A stretch of DNA of 60,687 nucleotides, the filler included, from Dirinaria sp. TL-2023a (lineage: Eukaryota): assembly GCA_051941275.1 (NCBI GenBank). It is 2 parts of 2 records of this genome, joined end to end, with 100 filler letters (N's around TTAATTAATTAA, not from the genome) between each part and the next. Parts side by side here need not be neighbours in the genome. Positions count along the whole stretch, not along the records: positions 1 to 30,296 come from JAVEBF010000101.1; 1 more part is not named here. One strand, written 5' to 3'. The notes beneath the pieces were generated by a model. That model searched no databases. It saw nothing but the letters and a program-made list of their open reading frames with translations, and was not told where the DNA came from. The position numbers and the translations under genes were made by a program. Numbering within the stretch: the first letter of the stretch is position 1; the number at the start of each line of letters is the position of its first letter. Shown here in pieces: positions 1-13,479 of this stretch.

Positions 1-459
1 TTGATGTCCTGAGCACGAAAGGTTACGGTAGTGGAAAGTTTGCTCCCCAAAAACATCAGTCTCTGTTGAAATGTCTGGAGTTAAGCTCCTTGGGAAATCT
101 TGCGCCAGCAGTCTTAATGATGCCTATTTTGTTTAAGTAACTCGTGTAGGTCAGAAATGAAGCCTTTAGTATCAAAGTCTGAAACCCATTTTGTACACAA
201 TCGACACAGTAGATTCAGCTATTTTGTAGACAGACATGACTAGCTCAAAAAGCAACTATCTCCACAGAGGTATATCAATCCCCCCCCCCTGCGTTGCTGG
301 ATGATTAGAATACAGTTCGACATCGATTGTGACTCACTCTCTGTCAGTTAGCTTGAAAAGTAGTCAATCGTCTATGAAGAAGCGAGTAATCTTACGTATC
401 TGTTGCAGGCACAGAGGCCGCAATACTTCGAAATCTACCAGCGAATTACCTCGGGGGCG

Positions 460-878
460 TCAATGACGCCACAGCCGTATACACGAGGCTTCAGGCGCCT
501 CATAACACCCTTCTCCTGTCCCATTTCCGTAGCTTGTTATGAACTTCCCGCAATGCCACTCTTGAGCCTGACCTGAATCTTCGCCTTGTTCGCTGAGATC
601 AAGTTGCTCATCGACTTTCAAAGCGCGTGAGAGGTTGAAAGATCGAAATAACGAAGGGAAAAGAACATAGTCGTTAGCGTAGTCAACGTCTAGAATTGTC
701 CAATTACCACCCTGACAAGAAGAGTTCGTGTACATGATTGCCTGAAGTTTGAAGGAAGTCCATGGTCGTAATCCGTTACTGACGTTCTACGCGCTCGGTT
801 TAGTCTAATTCATCATCTGTATAGTATGATTCGAGACTTACGCCCTGACTAAGATGGAGAGTGGACCAGGTACATTGA
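460..878 (-). CDS. 3' exons of a small cysteine-rich, probably secreted protein; 5' part uncertain or degenerate
   Basis: Exons 878-842 and 741-460 join via a GTAAGT...CAG intron to give QCTWSTLHLSQG|AIMYTNSSCQGG...FRSFNLSRALKVDEQLDLS...CGKFITSY...GCYEAPEASCIRLWRH*. A hydrophobic signal-like stretch at ~1290-1360 is frameshifted in a T-run. Confidence 0.55.
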
Positions 879-1895
879 CTGTAAGAAATCATGCACAGTG
901 AGCCAAGGATCAGGATGAGACCTGCTCTGATCCGATTCATGTCTGGCAGTGTGGACAAGCACAGAACGTGAAGTGATAAGAGAGGTTGAATGAATATTCA
1001 AAGAGCTTTTTCGAACAGGGTTAAAGTTGAATCCCTTATATATGATGGTAAAACGTAATGGCATCCCAATCCGGATCCTTCGTCAAATTTGCACAGAGGC
1101 TTCAGCAATGAATACATCAAAGACTCCACAACTGAGAAACGGTGAAAAACATACTTCGCTTCCTGAATTCAACTCGAGCTCACTACGACGCTGATATTCT
1201 AATGCGTGTACTCTGTGAGGACTTATTACGATGACTTCCTGGGGAATGACAGTGTCATTGTGGAAACCAATACCTTTTAGTAAGTGGCTCAACGTAGCCG
1301 AAAGAAAAAGTAAAAAAGGGAAAAAAAGGAAAAAGAAACGAAAGCACTATCGCACGTATTTCTAACCCTCTTCACAGTCCCAGCATCGGTCTTCAGGATT
1401 GAGCTTATTCTCTTATCAGCGAGACCCTTCACCTAATATGCTATATCAACCGACGAGAAAAGTATGATCGATTCAAAGAGTAGCGAAAAAGTAAAACGAT
1501 CTAACAGAATGAAAAAGTGAACTGTTTGACTGATAAAAGAGCTTGTTTGGCTCAATAGAAAATGCACGATCAGAACATAACAACATCTAGAAATGACTTG
1601 CGAGTTCTTCTCACTCCAAACTAGAATTGCGCCTCACAGCTTCAGCCTCATTCAATGAGGGTCATTTAAATGAGAAGTAAGATGCGAATGCAAGAATCAA
1701 AAGAAATGCCCTTGAAGCAGATGCCATTAAAGGCTGTCTTGCAGGCTTGTAATACGGGCACGAAAATTATTTGAGTCTGCAAACCGTCTCACAGAACCAT
1801 ATCATAATCAAAGCTTCATCGATATCACATCAAACGTTTCGATTCATCGCAGGCATCGAACTAATAACTTGTTATCTTCTTCAAGCAAAAGTGCA

Positions 1896-3120
1896 ATGGC
1901 CGCGATTGCGGTTGATCTTTTGCCCTATCTTACGCCCTATCTTTTCCGCTTGGCCGAGTCTGCAGTCAAGTTGCACAAAGAAGATGACAAAGTCTTCTTC
2001 TATGAACTCCACAAACAGATCGCAAACAGGATTCTCGCGTGTCATCCGTCTAAACATTCAGAGATCTTAGCTGTGAAGGAGTCAGTAAACCAAGTAGCTG
2101 TTATCGCAGTCTTCAACGTATTGTCAAATCTTCTACGCTCTAAAGATAATATAGAAGATCAGTACGAACTTGTTCAAAAAGCACACGACTGTTAGTATAT
2201 ATTTCGCGAGTCCTTGAAACGCTGCTGACGCGAGCTAGTGATATGAGAGGCAATCAAATCGTTGAGAATTGACATGATCGAGTTGAACGATAACAATGCA
2301 ACGCCACTCGCATTTTCGGACAGTAACCGCGGAGATACATTAGAGGTCGCCGAGCAGATCAATGATGATTCAGTGTTTATAGATTCTCATTCTCCGCAAT
2401 TCGGTCAAATCGATGCTGTCAAGAGAGAACACACAACGGGTAAGAATCAAAGAAAATTCGGACTTCCACATCCCCCTTCGAGCAGTAGCTTGCACGGTGA
2501 ACATACTAGATCTCAGCAGAAGAGCGTCTTCGGATCGTCACTTTTGCATCTGACAGAGTCGGTCAAGACTGGAAAAGATACCGCGCTCAGAGTAAAGGGT
2601 TCTTTTGAGTCATCTCATTTGACGTCAAACGAATCAACCTAAAGTAATCAAATAATGGTTAAAAATTACAGTGACGTTTTAGAACGTGGTCGACAAGACC
2701 ACGTTGCGATAATTTTGACAGAAGCTGACTTCGCTAAATCAATGTTTGCGCTGCGTTTGATATAAAGTCTAAGAGAATCAATTTTTGCTAGCAAACTAGT
2801 AGCTTTCAGAACATGCTTCAATAAATGTTTCGAAAGATGACAATCAACGAACGCTGATGGGTCGTCTCGTAGCTAGTTGTCGCGCAGCCGGTCTGCTTAT
2901 GACCTAATCGACTAACTGTTACATCGTGAGTTAGAACAGCATCAACGACTTCACGAATCGCATCTGTCCCCTCTGATATCAAAAATCTCAGACATCTTAA
3001 GCGGTTCTACATGTTACTTACTCTAATGCAAGAGATGGAGAAGATTTAGATCAGATCGCAATTGCGTTTTTTGCGAACAAGGACTCGTCATCTGCAAATT
3101 TTTATAGTCGCATGAGAGTT
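1896..3120 (+). pseudogene. Degenerate gene of unknown family
   Basis: Successive protein-like frames (MAAIAVDLLPYL..., RIDMIELND..., DVLERGRQDHVAIILT...) interrupted by stops in CC/GG-poor sequence. Confidence 0.35.
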
Positions 3121-4899
3121 AGTACTAATATCATCTGATAAGGAGAAGCCGAAATACATGATAAATAGTACTTGTTTGAGCAGGGAAGTCCAAAAAAAAA
3201 AAAAAAAAAAAAAAAGTCATCCACACAACATCTATGATCTTCAAAAAAGACTGGATGTGCACCCCATAACGTCCTTCCCTGCGTGCCGAGACACCCGCCG
3301 TGCCGAGAAATTTGATAGATACTTCGACTTCGAGCCATCCATACTCTGCACAATCATCGAATTTCTACTTTTAAGGTATATGAATCCATGGTGTAGCCAT
3401 TTTTGAACACACAACACTCTGCTTACTTTAAAAAATACATTTGCGTTGTCACCTTTACGCCTGTTTTGCGCACACCTTTTTTCATTGACTAATCGTGATT
3501 TTTTCACTACAGTCCATCTTTTAGTGTTAAGAAGGGCAATAACCACCTACCTGATGTTGTTGGGGATGGTTTGACCAAGTAGGCTTAGCGCGGTTCACTA
3601 GAGGCTTGGCACCCACACACCGGGTACTTAGCACCTTTCCTTCTCACCTGCTTCATACTTTCTTCCAGTAGTCTCTACACAATACATACTATGCACCCTA
3701 CCTTGCTACTTGCACCTTATCCTGGATCGCACCCTCATAATCTTAACAGTGTCTATTTGCAACGGCTTACAAACTTCATTTTGAATGGCTTTCCAAACGC
3801 GAACGTAGTCTGTGCTGATGACATACCATATAGGAGCATATCGATCATTGAAACTCTATTTGTCGAGGTCTTCACAGCGAAGTGCACATTGCCGGTGGAA
3901 GCGTTCGCCGTACTGACACTGTTTGGGGTGGTCCAAATTCTTATCATGAGAGCCAAGCCTTGGGCGAAGGCGTTTCAACCTCTTTGAAGATGATTCTTCG
4001 AAAGAGGGATACTCTATTGAGCTCCCTATGATGCTGCGCTCGTCCAGAAGGTCCCTTTAGAGCATTCAGCTGCTCAACTATACTATGTCTCCAGTCACCG
4101 TTTGGTTCTGGGTCAGAATCGCCCCAGTTGAGAGTATAGACTATGCTCCAACAACTGGCAGCTCTATATGTGTCTTCCTTTTCCCCAATGAGGGCTAAGT
4201 ATCGAAGCCATTCGCTGCATTCATGGCACCTGCTGCGGCAATAGTTTGCTTTTGATTCTTCTGCTGGCTGATCTTAAGAAATCAATATCCATATTAAGTA
4301 CTTAGGCCCTTCTAGCAATTCTACCTGTACTCATGCTCGCTCCCAACACTTAAACTCTAGTATCCAGTCATTTCCAAACAATCGCTGGGCTGATGATGTA
4401 CGTCAGGTCGGAATATGGTATTTCACAGACGCCAAATCCGGAAAAGAGAAGGGCAACACTCCACATTCTCCCGACTTTGCTTCAAGAGTGATCAGGCAAG
4501 TTCTCTCCAGTACTGCTCGCAGCCAGCTTTCACTAATTGGTCGATTTCTAGATACAATGGCCCTGCTCCATTACTGACAGTCATGTAGGGAGCATAAATT
4601 TCAAGATCTCTGTGGAGTCTCTCCAGCTACAGATAATACTGCCTAGCCACCCAGCCACTATTCTCGATAAGTCTTCTCTGCGTCATCATTCAGCGTCATG
4701 TATCAGGATATCATACTAAGCAGCTCAGCGAAGCTAGCAGATCTTTCAATGCCTTCAATGAATGGGGTATACGACATATCTTGAGCGCGCACGACAATCA
4801 CGACTACTGTTCTCGATCAGACTTGGACATGAATCACGTCAATCTGGGTTTCTAATGCATCTCATACTGCTCTAAACAATTTGACTGAAGTCCACTTAT

Positions 4900-5890
4900 A
4901 GCTCTGAAAAAATTCCACCGAGCTGAACCTCTTCGCTATCCTCGTTCATAATGTCCGTGTTTCTATTCTCAGACTTGATTATCTTAGAGGCCGCTTTACG
5001 TTTCGCTTTGCCGTTGTTTGCCCTGATTGCCTCAAGCGCCCTTTACTCTTCTGCTTTAGCTTTTCCCTCCGCCGCCTCATTCATGCGAGCCTTAAATCTT
5101 TCTTCAAGACTATCGATGTCTTTCTTTGCCCATTTGTCCTCCCAAATAGTCCTAAATGCACCCAGGTGTGCCAAACTCGACGTTTCGCCTGACTTCAGAA
5201 GCTTGTCCCAGACCCCTTGTATCACGTGGTCTAAGTCCGCTTGATGTGTGACATCATTGATTTTGATGCCGCCTTCTCCCGGCTCTATGGTGTCGAAAAA
5301 TTCGTTTTTCATGTGTTCTATGACGAATTCAATGGCGTCGCGCTCAAAATATGTTAGGGCACCGACTAGGGATGTTCTCAACTCATGGGTATCGGCCTCC
5401 AAGGTTCTGCCCAGATCGTTCCATTTTCGCTCGGCGATGAGCTGACGAACATCGTTGTGGACCAATTTATTCCGATCTGAATATAGGCGAACGAGTTGCC
5501 GGAGGTGGACATACGGAATTTTAAAGACAGCGGCCACCGACAACAACGCCTTAATGGTGACATGCTCCATATTGTCGTCGTCTTCCTCGTCCAAAAGAGC
5601 CTTGTTGACATCGGTCCAGTATAGTGACTGAGCTATACTAGTTGAATATGTGAGAAGCCCTTAATGTAATCATCATTGTTTCCCTTACCTCCGCCTGACA
5701 TCAGCCAGAAATTTGGAAATGTAATCGCCATAGGCACCCAGCAGACGAAGTCTCTCAGACTGCTGAAGTTTGTCTTGCAGCTCACCGACCATATTTCGAA
5801 GCTCTGTGCTTGCCCGCAGAGGCTTCGTCAAAGACGCCGCGCCGTGGTAGAGCTGCCTCAATGCGCTAATGGCGGATACATTCGCGTCGC
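4900..5890 (-). pseudogene. Intron-containing helical protein gene of unknown function, probably pseudogenised
   Basis: Exon ...GELQDKLQQSERLRLLGAYGDYISKFLADVRR joins via GTAAGG (~5688)...CTAG (~5638) to SIAQSLYWTDVNKALLDEEDD...LYSDRNKLVHNDVRQLIAERKWNDLG (ORF 5043-5594). No clear start; the stop at 5043 looks premature. Confidence 0.5.
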
Positions 5891-6645
5891 TTGGGTTCTA
5901 TCATCGTATGTATGACTCACTATGAAGATTTAAATGAAACAAGTACGACTGATTCAGTTGAATCACCAATCTGTGATCAAGAACACAGGCCAAAAAACAA
6001 GGTCCAAAAGGTGGGAAGTGGATGAAGTTCTATTGCCACCAGAAACTACCTAATATGCTAAATCTAATCACACGTGAAGGGAAGGAACCCCACATTGGTA
6101 GAGAAGGTAGTCACGCCGAACAATAGTCCTGGACCCTCAATATCTTTTAGGTGCTGGAGCACCTAAACCAAAGCGAGATATTCCCAGAGATTGCATCGAA
6201 GCAATCTTCACGAGATGCGAAATGAAGTCATTAGAATCTAAACATCGCTGTCGCGGTCGCTGGATGCATTGATTGCGATTTCCTTACCGGCGACACGATA
6301 ATGAGCGTCGATTGCTATGACTTTGAAACCGATGTTGGTCAGAAACCATTCAGTCATTCATTGAACAACTGATCAGTCGACAAACACAATGAGCTTGCGC
6401 TTACCGACGAAGCAGATAGGATATGCCATGTCGACGAGAAAACGAAGTTCATTCGAAATAACGTTTGAGTATCACATCATGTCTGCACAAGAAGCTGAGA
6501 GTTGAGTGTCAGAATTGACTCTCTGTCGTATGGTGATCTCGCTGACTGGTAAGATCCATGAGGGTGGGAGATGAGCCTTACCCCTAGGCGCTTGCCCTTG
6601 GATCCTCAGATACTCCCGTAACACTGACATTGAAGCGAAAAGCCA

Positions 6646-7290
6646 TCATCGGTAATCCGCTGTCGTATCACTCGCATCATATTTGTCGTCATCATTATCT
6701 TCATCTTGAATTTCGTCGATGAAAGGATCTGGACTGCTTGGCAATTGTAAGTTGAATGCTTTCAGGTTAGCAATCTTCTCTCCTAAGGTCTTCACTTTTT
6801 TTAAAGCCTTGCAGATCTTTGTAAACGAGCTTCTCATTCGCTCTGTCTCTGATCTTGATCTGTTCTTTGCTTCAGCGTTGATGGACATATAACGTCCCAA
6901 ATTTAGTCGTGTACTTGTACTGAGCTTCGAAATTTTCGCGAACTGCCTTTAATCTCTTGAGGACTTTCAGAATCCGGTCATCCCGCCTCTCTGGCAAAAT
7001 GTCGCAATTTCCAACTTCTCTCGTTGTCTTTGCTAGAGCTTTGTTCTCATTCGTGGGTTTGACTTTATCCCAGCGTCAACAATGTTTTTCTCACGATGTA
7101 TTCAGCTTTCAGTATTCTGTAATCCAGGTAATTCTGTACGTCTTGATAGCCGGAGTCGTCGGACACTTCTAGTATCCAGTGACGTGGACATGGAAATGTG
7201 CATTATTGTGTCGCTAGATCCTTACCGTGGCCGTCGTACTGCGCGAGCTTCGAAACCAGTGATCCCAGCCAGAACTTTTAGTTGGCGAGT
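6646..7290 (-). pseudogene. Degenerate intron-containing gene with coiled-coil/acidic C-terminus
   Basis: GTAAGG...CTAG intron at ~7225-7169 links GSLVSKLAQYDGH to EVSDDSGYQDVQNYLDY; frameshifts follow; acidic tail in ORF 6646-6900. Confidence 0.35.
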
Positions 7291-7999
7291 GATTCAACGA
7301 CTATAGCGAATGGAATGACTCGAGAAAAGGGAAAAATTGACAAGGTTCTCCAGCCCCAGACACGGAGGCAGGGACAACCCCCGAATTTGATGCTTGAGAA
7401 TTTGTGGTATTGACATAAAATATCCATCCAAAACCGCATGCGCGAGGTCAGTGTTACAGTCTCCGCTCGCTGTGTCATTGTCCAGTGTGTTATAAATGCA
7501 CTTCTGGGCTTGTATTATGAGAGTTTTTAGTATAGTTTTCGGAACGATACTTCGATGTGTCCGCGACGTTAGCTCCCAATTCGCTTGGAATCAAACTTGT
7601 AGCTTCTCAGATTGGGGGTTTGACGAGTCAACTATTACCTTGACAGTTAAATTGAAGAAGAACGACTAGGAGAATTCAGTTCTATGGGCATCAGATAGAG
7701 CACAGCATGATCGTCCAAGAAAATCTCATCGCAGATTTTCCCTCATCTCGTCAAGTCGTCAATCGACCTTCTCGCTCGTTTAACAGATGTCATTTCAATC
7801 AATTCCGAGTCACAAGTGACCGAAATATCTCCCTCAGATTTTTGTCCGTCTACAGATCAGCGAGAGAGATCCGATCATGTCTGCAGGCAGTATTAAGAAT
7901 TAAAAAAAAAGAAAAAAAACCCCCCTCCCATCACGAAGAGTATTCATCCGTCTAACAGCGACTGCACTGAAGTAATACAGCCACGTCATCTCTCCCAAA

Positions 8000-10900
8000 C
8001 TGTACTCTGAGAGCGTTTTGCAGTCAACGAGCGATCCGGGCCTGGGCCTTGATCGACAGTTTGTTCTTCGAAATCAGATCCACCAAGGAATACTCACTGT
8101 CTAGCTCTCGATGTATGAGCAGGGCTTTTCTTCTCGTAGAGGGTCAAACCCTCCATGGTATGATCCCACTTCTGATCGAGGAAAAGGTTGCCCAAACAGC
8201 TTCGTGAACATGAAGTTGAGTTTTGGACGAAGTATACGTTGGAACCGAGATAATTAGCTTGGAAACAAATGCTTCTTGATTTGGTAGCTTTTAATAGATT
8301 CTCCACTAGCCCAGGTGGCGCAGGATGGATGTAGGGTAATGGGAACTCTCACTATTGCATTGCCATTGCGTTGGCTCCAAATAGAATATACCTCGCTTTG
8401 GAGAACCCCAGAATACTCTCCAAGCTGCTGCTTGAGTACTGAGACATCCCGGAGTCCATCTTCAAACCGGGGGAGCCGAGCATGCTGCGAAATAGGGTAT
8501 GATTCGAAATTGGAAGCCAACAAACTCAGATTAACTTATGTTCAAATACAAAAGACGCTGGTGACGCCATATTGGCTAGAAATGGTCGATACTCTGGGCT
8601 TGAAGGTCTTCGTGTTGAAAACCGTCAAAGATTAATAACTTTGCCGATCTCGAAAACTTGTCCAATTCGTTTCAAACGCCTTAATCCAGAAGGCTAGTTG
8701 CGGCGATTCGCGTTCGAAGAGTGGACTCGACAGTATCCCTTTTTGAGATGACTTACTCTTCTATTTTTTTCGAGATCTTGAGCAAGACTTACTTTGCTCC
8801 AGTTTCAGTATGTGTCTCATTGATTATATATACGATCTCAATTTGAAGCGATGCTTGATCGTATGTCAAGAAGCAAAGAGGCTGCTTCGTTCAACATCAT
8901 GTTGTCTACTCCGCCGGCGATATAGAATATGAGCTCGATCCAAAAACAGCATCTGATGTGCTTTTAAGCATCGAAATTTGAAAGCGAGAGCGTGCGAATT
9001 CTAAGTCTGAGAGTCAGTCGAAATCCCGAGAAAAAAAGAGTTTATTTTCGGTAAGCTCAGTTGCTGACACGTTTCGATGTATTCGAGAGTGCGAGCGATC
9101 ACGAAGTTTAACTGTCTTTGAAATTTTCAAAAAATATTGCGATTTTGATCAAAGAGAGTTTTCAGATTGAGATTCAAGACGACGTCGAGCTAAACTTGTT
9201 CGAGAAAACGAAATTCGACGTCATTCGTCTGTCTCATGACGATTTCGGTACATTTTAAAATCTCTTCGATACTATGCACGATTAGATTTTTCGATCAGAT
9301 GATCTAAGCTTTCTTGCTGATTTTTAAAACGAGCTTTTCATGCTCGATCGCGCTGAAAGTGAGAAAAAAATTGCGAGGTTCGATACTTTTATTATGATCC
9401 GAGACGACATCGATGATTTTTTCGAGCTGTGTCGTCAGAATTTGAATAACCCTATCCTAATACTTTCCGTCGTACTGGCCGTTAAGTCCGGTCTGTCAGA
9501 ATCCATGATCTGGGTCCATCTCCTTGGAAAACGCTTCTGTGAGCCAGGCTTCGCGCCAGAATTTATTTCTCTCAGCTGTTGCTTGATTGCCAAAAAATCC
9601 CAAAGGTCTCTGAGATCTGTGCAGTGGGAGCAGAGCCTCTGAAAATGCTAATCTTCTTATCAAAAGATTTCTCGATGAGTTTGCATTGAGAGGAATTAAG
9701 AACCTAAAGCCCAAACTGTCGGATTTGAGCCAGCGATATTATTCTCGACGTCGATGCAAGATATGGATACGATGCACTAAAATGACGAGAAATTAAATGT
9801 TAACGCCGTATTTTCTTAGGCAGTCTGTAAACTAGGTAAGTTCCACTTTCGCGTAGAGGATAGCCGCTGTTTGTTCAGCTCGTTTCTATGAGAATTTTGA
9901 TAGCGCAGTAGCTGAAGTCAGGCGCTTTTTTAAGCAAAGTTGTGTCGTAAAAAAATTGAAGTGAGCCCTTATTTAAGCCATATCCTTGAGAAGAAGCGAG
10001 GTATTTGAATCGCTCAAAGGGGGTCAATGGGGTAGCTGGATCATCAGAATCTGGAAGGGTTGTTATGTGGGACTCTATGTCCAGCCGATGAGAAGGATTT
10101 GTTGCATCTTTTCTTATCGATTGATCGAATTGATATAATATATCCTTCTTCGAATGAGAGCGAAGTACTTGCTGACTCTAAGATCGTCGTACTTGCCATG
10201 TCATTGTGTGACGTTCTTGAACGTGTTCGGTTCGAGATTGAAGTTAAAGAAATAAAACCAGTTCAGCTTGAGATTGACGATGACATGACAGAGCCGACGA
10301 TAATCCCTCATGTTGCGCAGGTTAAACTCTTTCTGCTAGTGGTAATCTCGATTTGAAGTTTTTATCGTTTCCTGATGAATGCGAGCGTACAATTTCATCT
10401 CGTTCTCATCGATTTGCAGCTCGGCGTAAGATCGCTACGCATGAGAAAGGTCTTAATCGATACGCATAGGTTGATGTGCGACAAATTTTTATCATCGAGA
10501 CAAAAGCCCATCGCATTTGGAAAAGGGCAGAGAATGAACGGAAGAAGAACTCGATCGATATCCGAATCGATCTGTTCTCTCGAGACAAGTGGCTCAGATC
10601 ATCTGCGAGATGTCGTCAAGTCGAGAAATCAGCTATACTTCAGTAAAATGAGACTCGTGAGATCTCATCGCTTCCAGAATCGCCAGCGCGCTCTCGTGCA
10701 GGTTTCAAGTCGAGTAGGAATAGCTTTCGCATGGAAAGCTTGAATATAACTCGTGCAGCAGCAGAAATGAAAGAGCTGTTGCAACGACAGCGAGAACGTC
10801 TTCCTTTTACCAGTCGCTAGTAGAGGAAAAAGAACAGCGAAGCTGATGCAAGCGCAGAATGAGAGATTTGGATGCGACAGCGAGGAAGATGAAGCAGATA

Positions 10901-11300
10901 CACAAAAAGAGGTTCACATTCCGATTCAGGGAACCTGAAACATCCAGAATCAAATCGATGATTGAACAATAGTATAAGTCTTATGTGTGTGCTTTCATCA
11001 GCGCAGAGCAGCAGAAAAGAGGCTCGAAATGCTCGATAGTTTTTGATCGATGCTCGTCCATGATATGCTTCCGTCAGCTTCCAATGGTCTCCGCTAAAGC
11101 TTGAGATCAGATGTCCATTCTGAGCTTCCGCTTTGTAAGTCCCACCGTACTCCCTAATCTCACCTTCTTTGAGAATCTTGAGAGTATTGACTGTCATGAC
11201 TTCTTGTTCGACCATTGAATCAATGGTAATACTCGTAAAGTAGACCTTCTCATCGATTGTCGTCACACGAGATACAGCCTCACTCGTCAGAGCTGACAAT
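8000..11300 (-). pseudogene. One or more heavily mutated gene remnants of unknown family
   Basis: Minus-strand protein-like frames (8094-8523, 9496-9714, ~10080-10350 KEFNLRNMRDYRRLCHVIVNLKLNWFYFFNFNLEPNTFK, 10817-11299) punctuated by stops. No domain recognised. Confidence 0.35.
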
Positions 11301-13479
11301 TCGTTCGCAGCTCATATTGTTCCAACGCAGATCAGGATTCAGACCGAGAGACTCGAAGTCGAATTGTCTTGAAGATCGGAGAAAGACTGCGAGGGAGGAA
11401 TCCAGTTCGAGTTGGTATAGCAAGCAGAAAGTTGAGAGTGAAAATTTGAGTTTCAATGTATGCTGTCGAAGATACCTACCTATATAATACTTAATTAGCT
11501 GACCCGAGACGGGGATTCACAAGTGCGTTCGTAAAGATCCACGCCTTCCGTTCATCAATCTCTGGGGACCAAGTGTGCGACTCAAGTGGCTGTGAACGCT
11601 GCAATTCAGTCGTCTTCCGAAAGTTACATGAGGGATTAGGGACATTTTGGCCCATGTCGTACTGAAATTCGCCGTCGCTCCTTCGTCACCGCTGTTAGCC
11701 ATCGCAATTGCCTATAGCACCATAGCAAAAGCGTGTAGCTAATCGCTGGGTTCATTGATTCTTGCAAAGATTTAGATAAATATAGAGACTATTTCAAAGT
11801 TGAACAGAAAATTGTACCCCAAGATGTTAATTCTTCTCTTTGAAGACATTGTCGTGGCCGTTGACTGTGAGGATGAAAGCTCAATTGCTAACACCACTGT
11901 CATATCCTTGCTGAGATCGATAGTATGCTAGTGTCGATATAAACGACATTGCACAGATTGCTATACGTCGTGGGCGGCAATTAAGGTAGGTACCTGTAAT
12001 GGGACAAACAACATAGCTTCTGCCGTCCCTTGAAACCCTTCCCGAGCTGCTCGCTGAATACGCGGATGACATGTCATGTCCCGTAAATCTTTAGCACGAG
12101 TATAGCGTTAGCTAAAAGCTCGTGTGTTGATCTGTCCACACGATCAAATGCTTTCACAATGATTCTCTTGACAGCCATTTCGTGATAAGGAAATAGGCTA
12201 GCGACAGAGTGATCGAGTTAGAATAATACGCATGTGCAACGATTGGACTCTGTATTAGAAGTGTAATGCCACTGACTTCGAACAGACTTGTGTTCGTAGA
12301 CTTTGTCAGATCTTTCTTATTCACAAGTTTCGTATTCGCTTTATTCTCTTTCGAGCGGCAGCAGCAGAGAACTATATCTGCTTCGTGTCAGTCCTCGACA
12401 TGACAATCATGAACGAGCGAAAAGCAATTTTCTTTTTCCCGTCGAACTCAGCGATTAAATTACGCGCGATAACATCGTCGCAGTTGAGACTCTGACATTT
12501 CGAGCTCGATGTACTGTCAGCGCGACACTGACACGTTTTGTTCAATAGTCACATTTTGCTCGTTCATCGATTTCACGACGAAAACGAAGATTCTTCGAAG
12601 TTGATAAATGATCAAGATAAAGAAAAAAAGAATGAACGTTACGTAAAAATTCATTTGATCGTCTGTAACGACTGAGACGAAATGAGAGACGAGATCGTGA
12701 TAATTGAGAACTCATTTAAAACGATCGATATTATTCGAGAACAACAAATCATGAGTCGCTATCGTCAATGCGACGAGTGTTCAAGCAGATGTGTTCCTCC
12801 ATAGTGTTGTGCCTATAGTGTTGCTCGGCACTAGCGTGGTTGCCTCGGTGAGTTCTACCTTATTAGAACTCACACACACACATACTTCATAGACTTCAGA
12901 CAATGCTATGCTTCATGTATGCCACCAAGTGCATTGCTCAGTGCTTCAACAACGAGTTCTTGATAGACGTCGACATACTTGTTCAAAATGATTCTATCAT
13001 TCTGCTCATAATTCGAATGAGCTCACTTCGACTTTCACATCATTCATCATGGAGATTGCGCTGTACGCATTGATTCTGTCGACGTTCAAACGAACAACAG
13101 CGAAATGAGTCAGAGTTTTCTTCGATTTCATTTTCTGAGCTTCATCAAGAACCACTCGAAAAGAAACCTCGAAACAATAAAATTGAACTTAATCGTTTTT
13201 CTCAGCGTTCAGCTCGTTCTCATCATTCCTTTGATCGGTATCATCATTTTTTTTTTTTTTGACTCACGAGTCCAGTTCGATATCATTCTTTGAAAAACCG
13301 CTCAAAATTTTAGATCGAGCGGGAAGAATCCTGCGCATCACGAGAGAAGAAAAGTTGAGTCTCTCAAATAGCTAGAAAACTTCTTGATAGCTCAAATCTT
13401 TAAGTTAAACCATGACTCATTGATACTCTTGGTAGCCATTATGTCTTAGTCGCGATCCCAAAATGTAATTTATAATATA

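Noticed and set aside
2700..2765. IILTEADFAKSMFALRL as a mutated NACHT P-loop
   Set aside because: Restoring GKS needs a transversion as well as transitions, and no Walker B or other NLR motif is evident.
3192..3215. 24-nt poly-A as a LINE or retrocopy tail
   Set aside because: No recognisable RT or endonuclease upstream and no clear target-site duplication; long homopolymers are common in this window.
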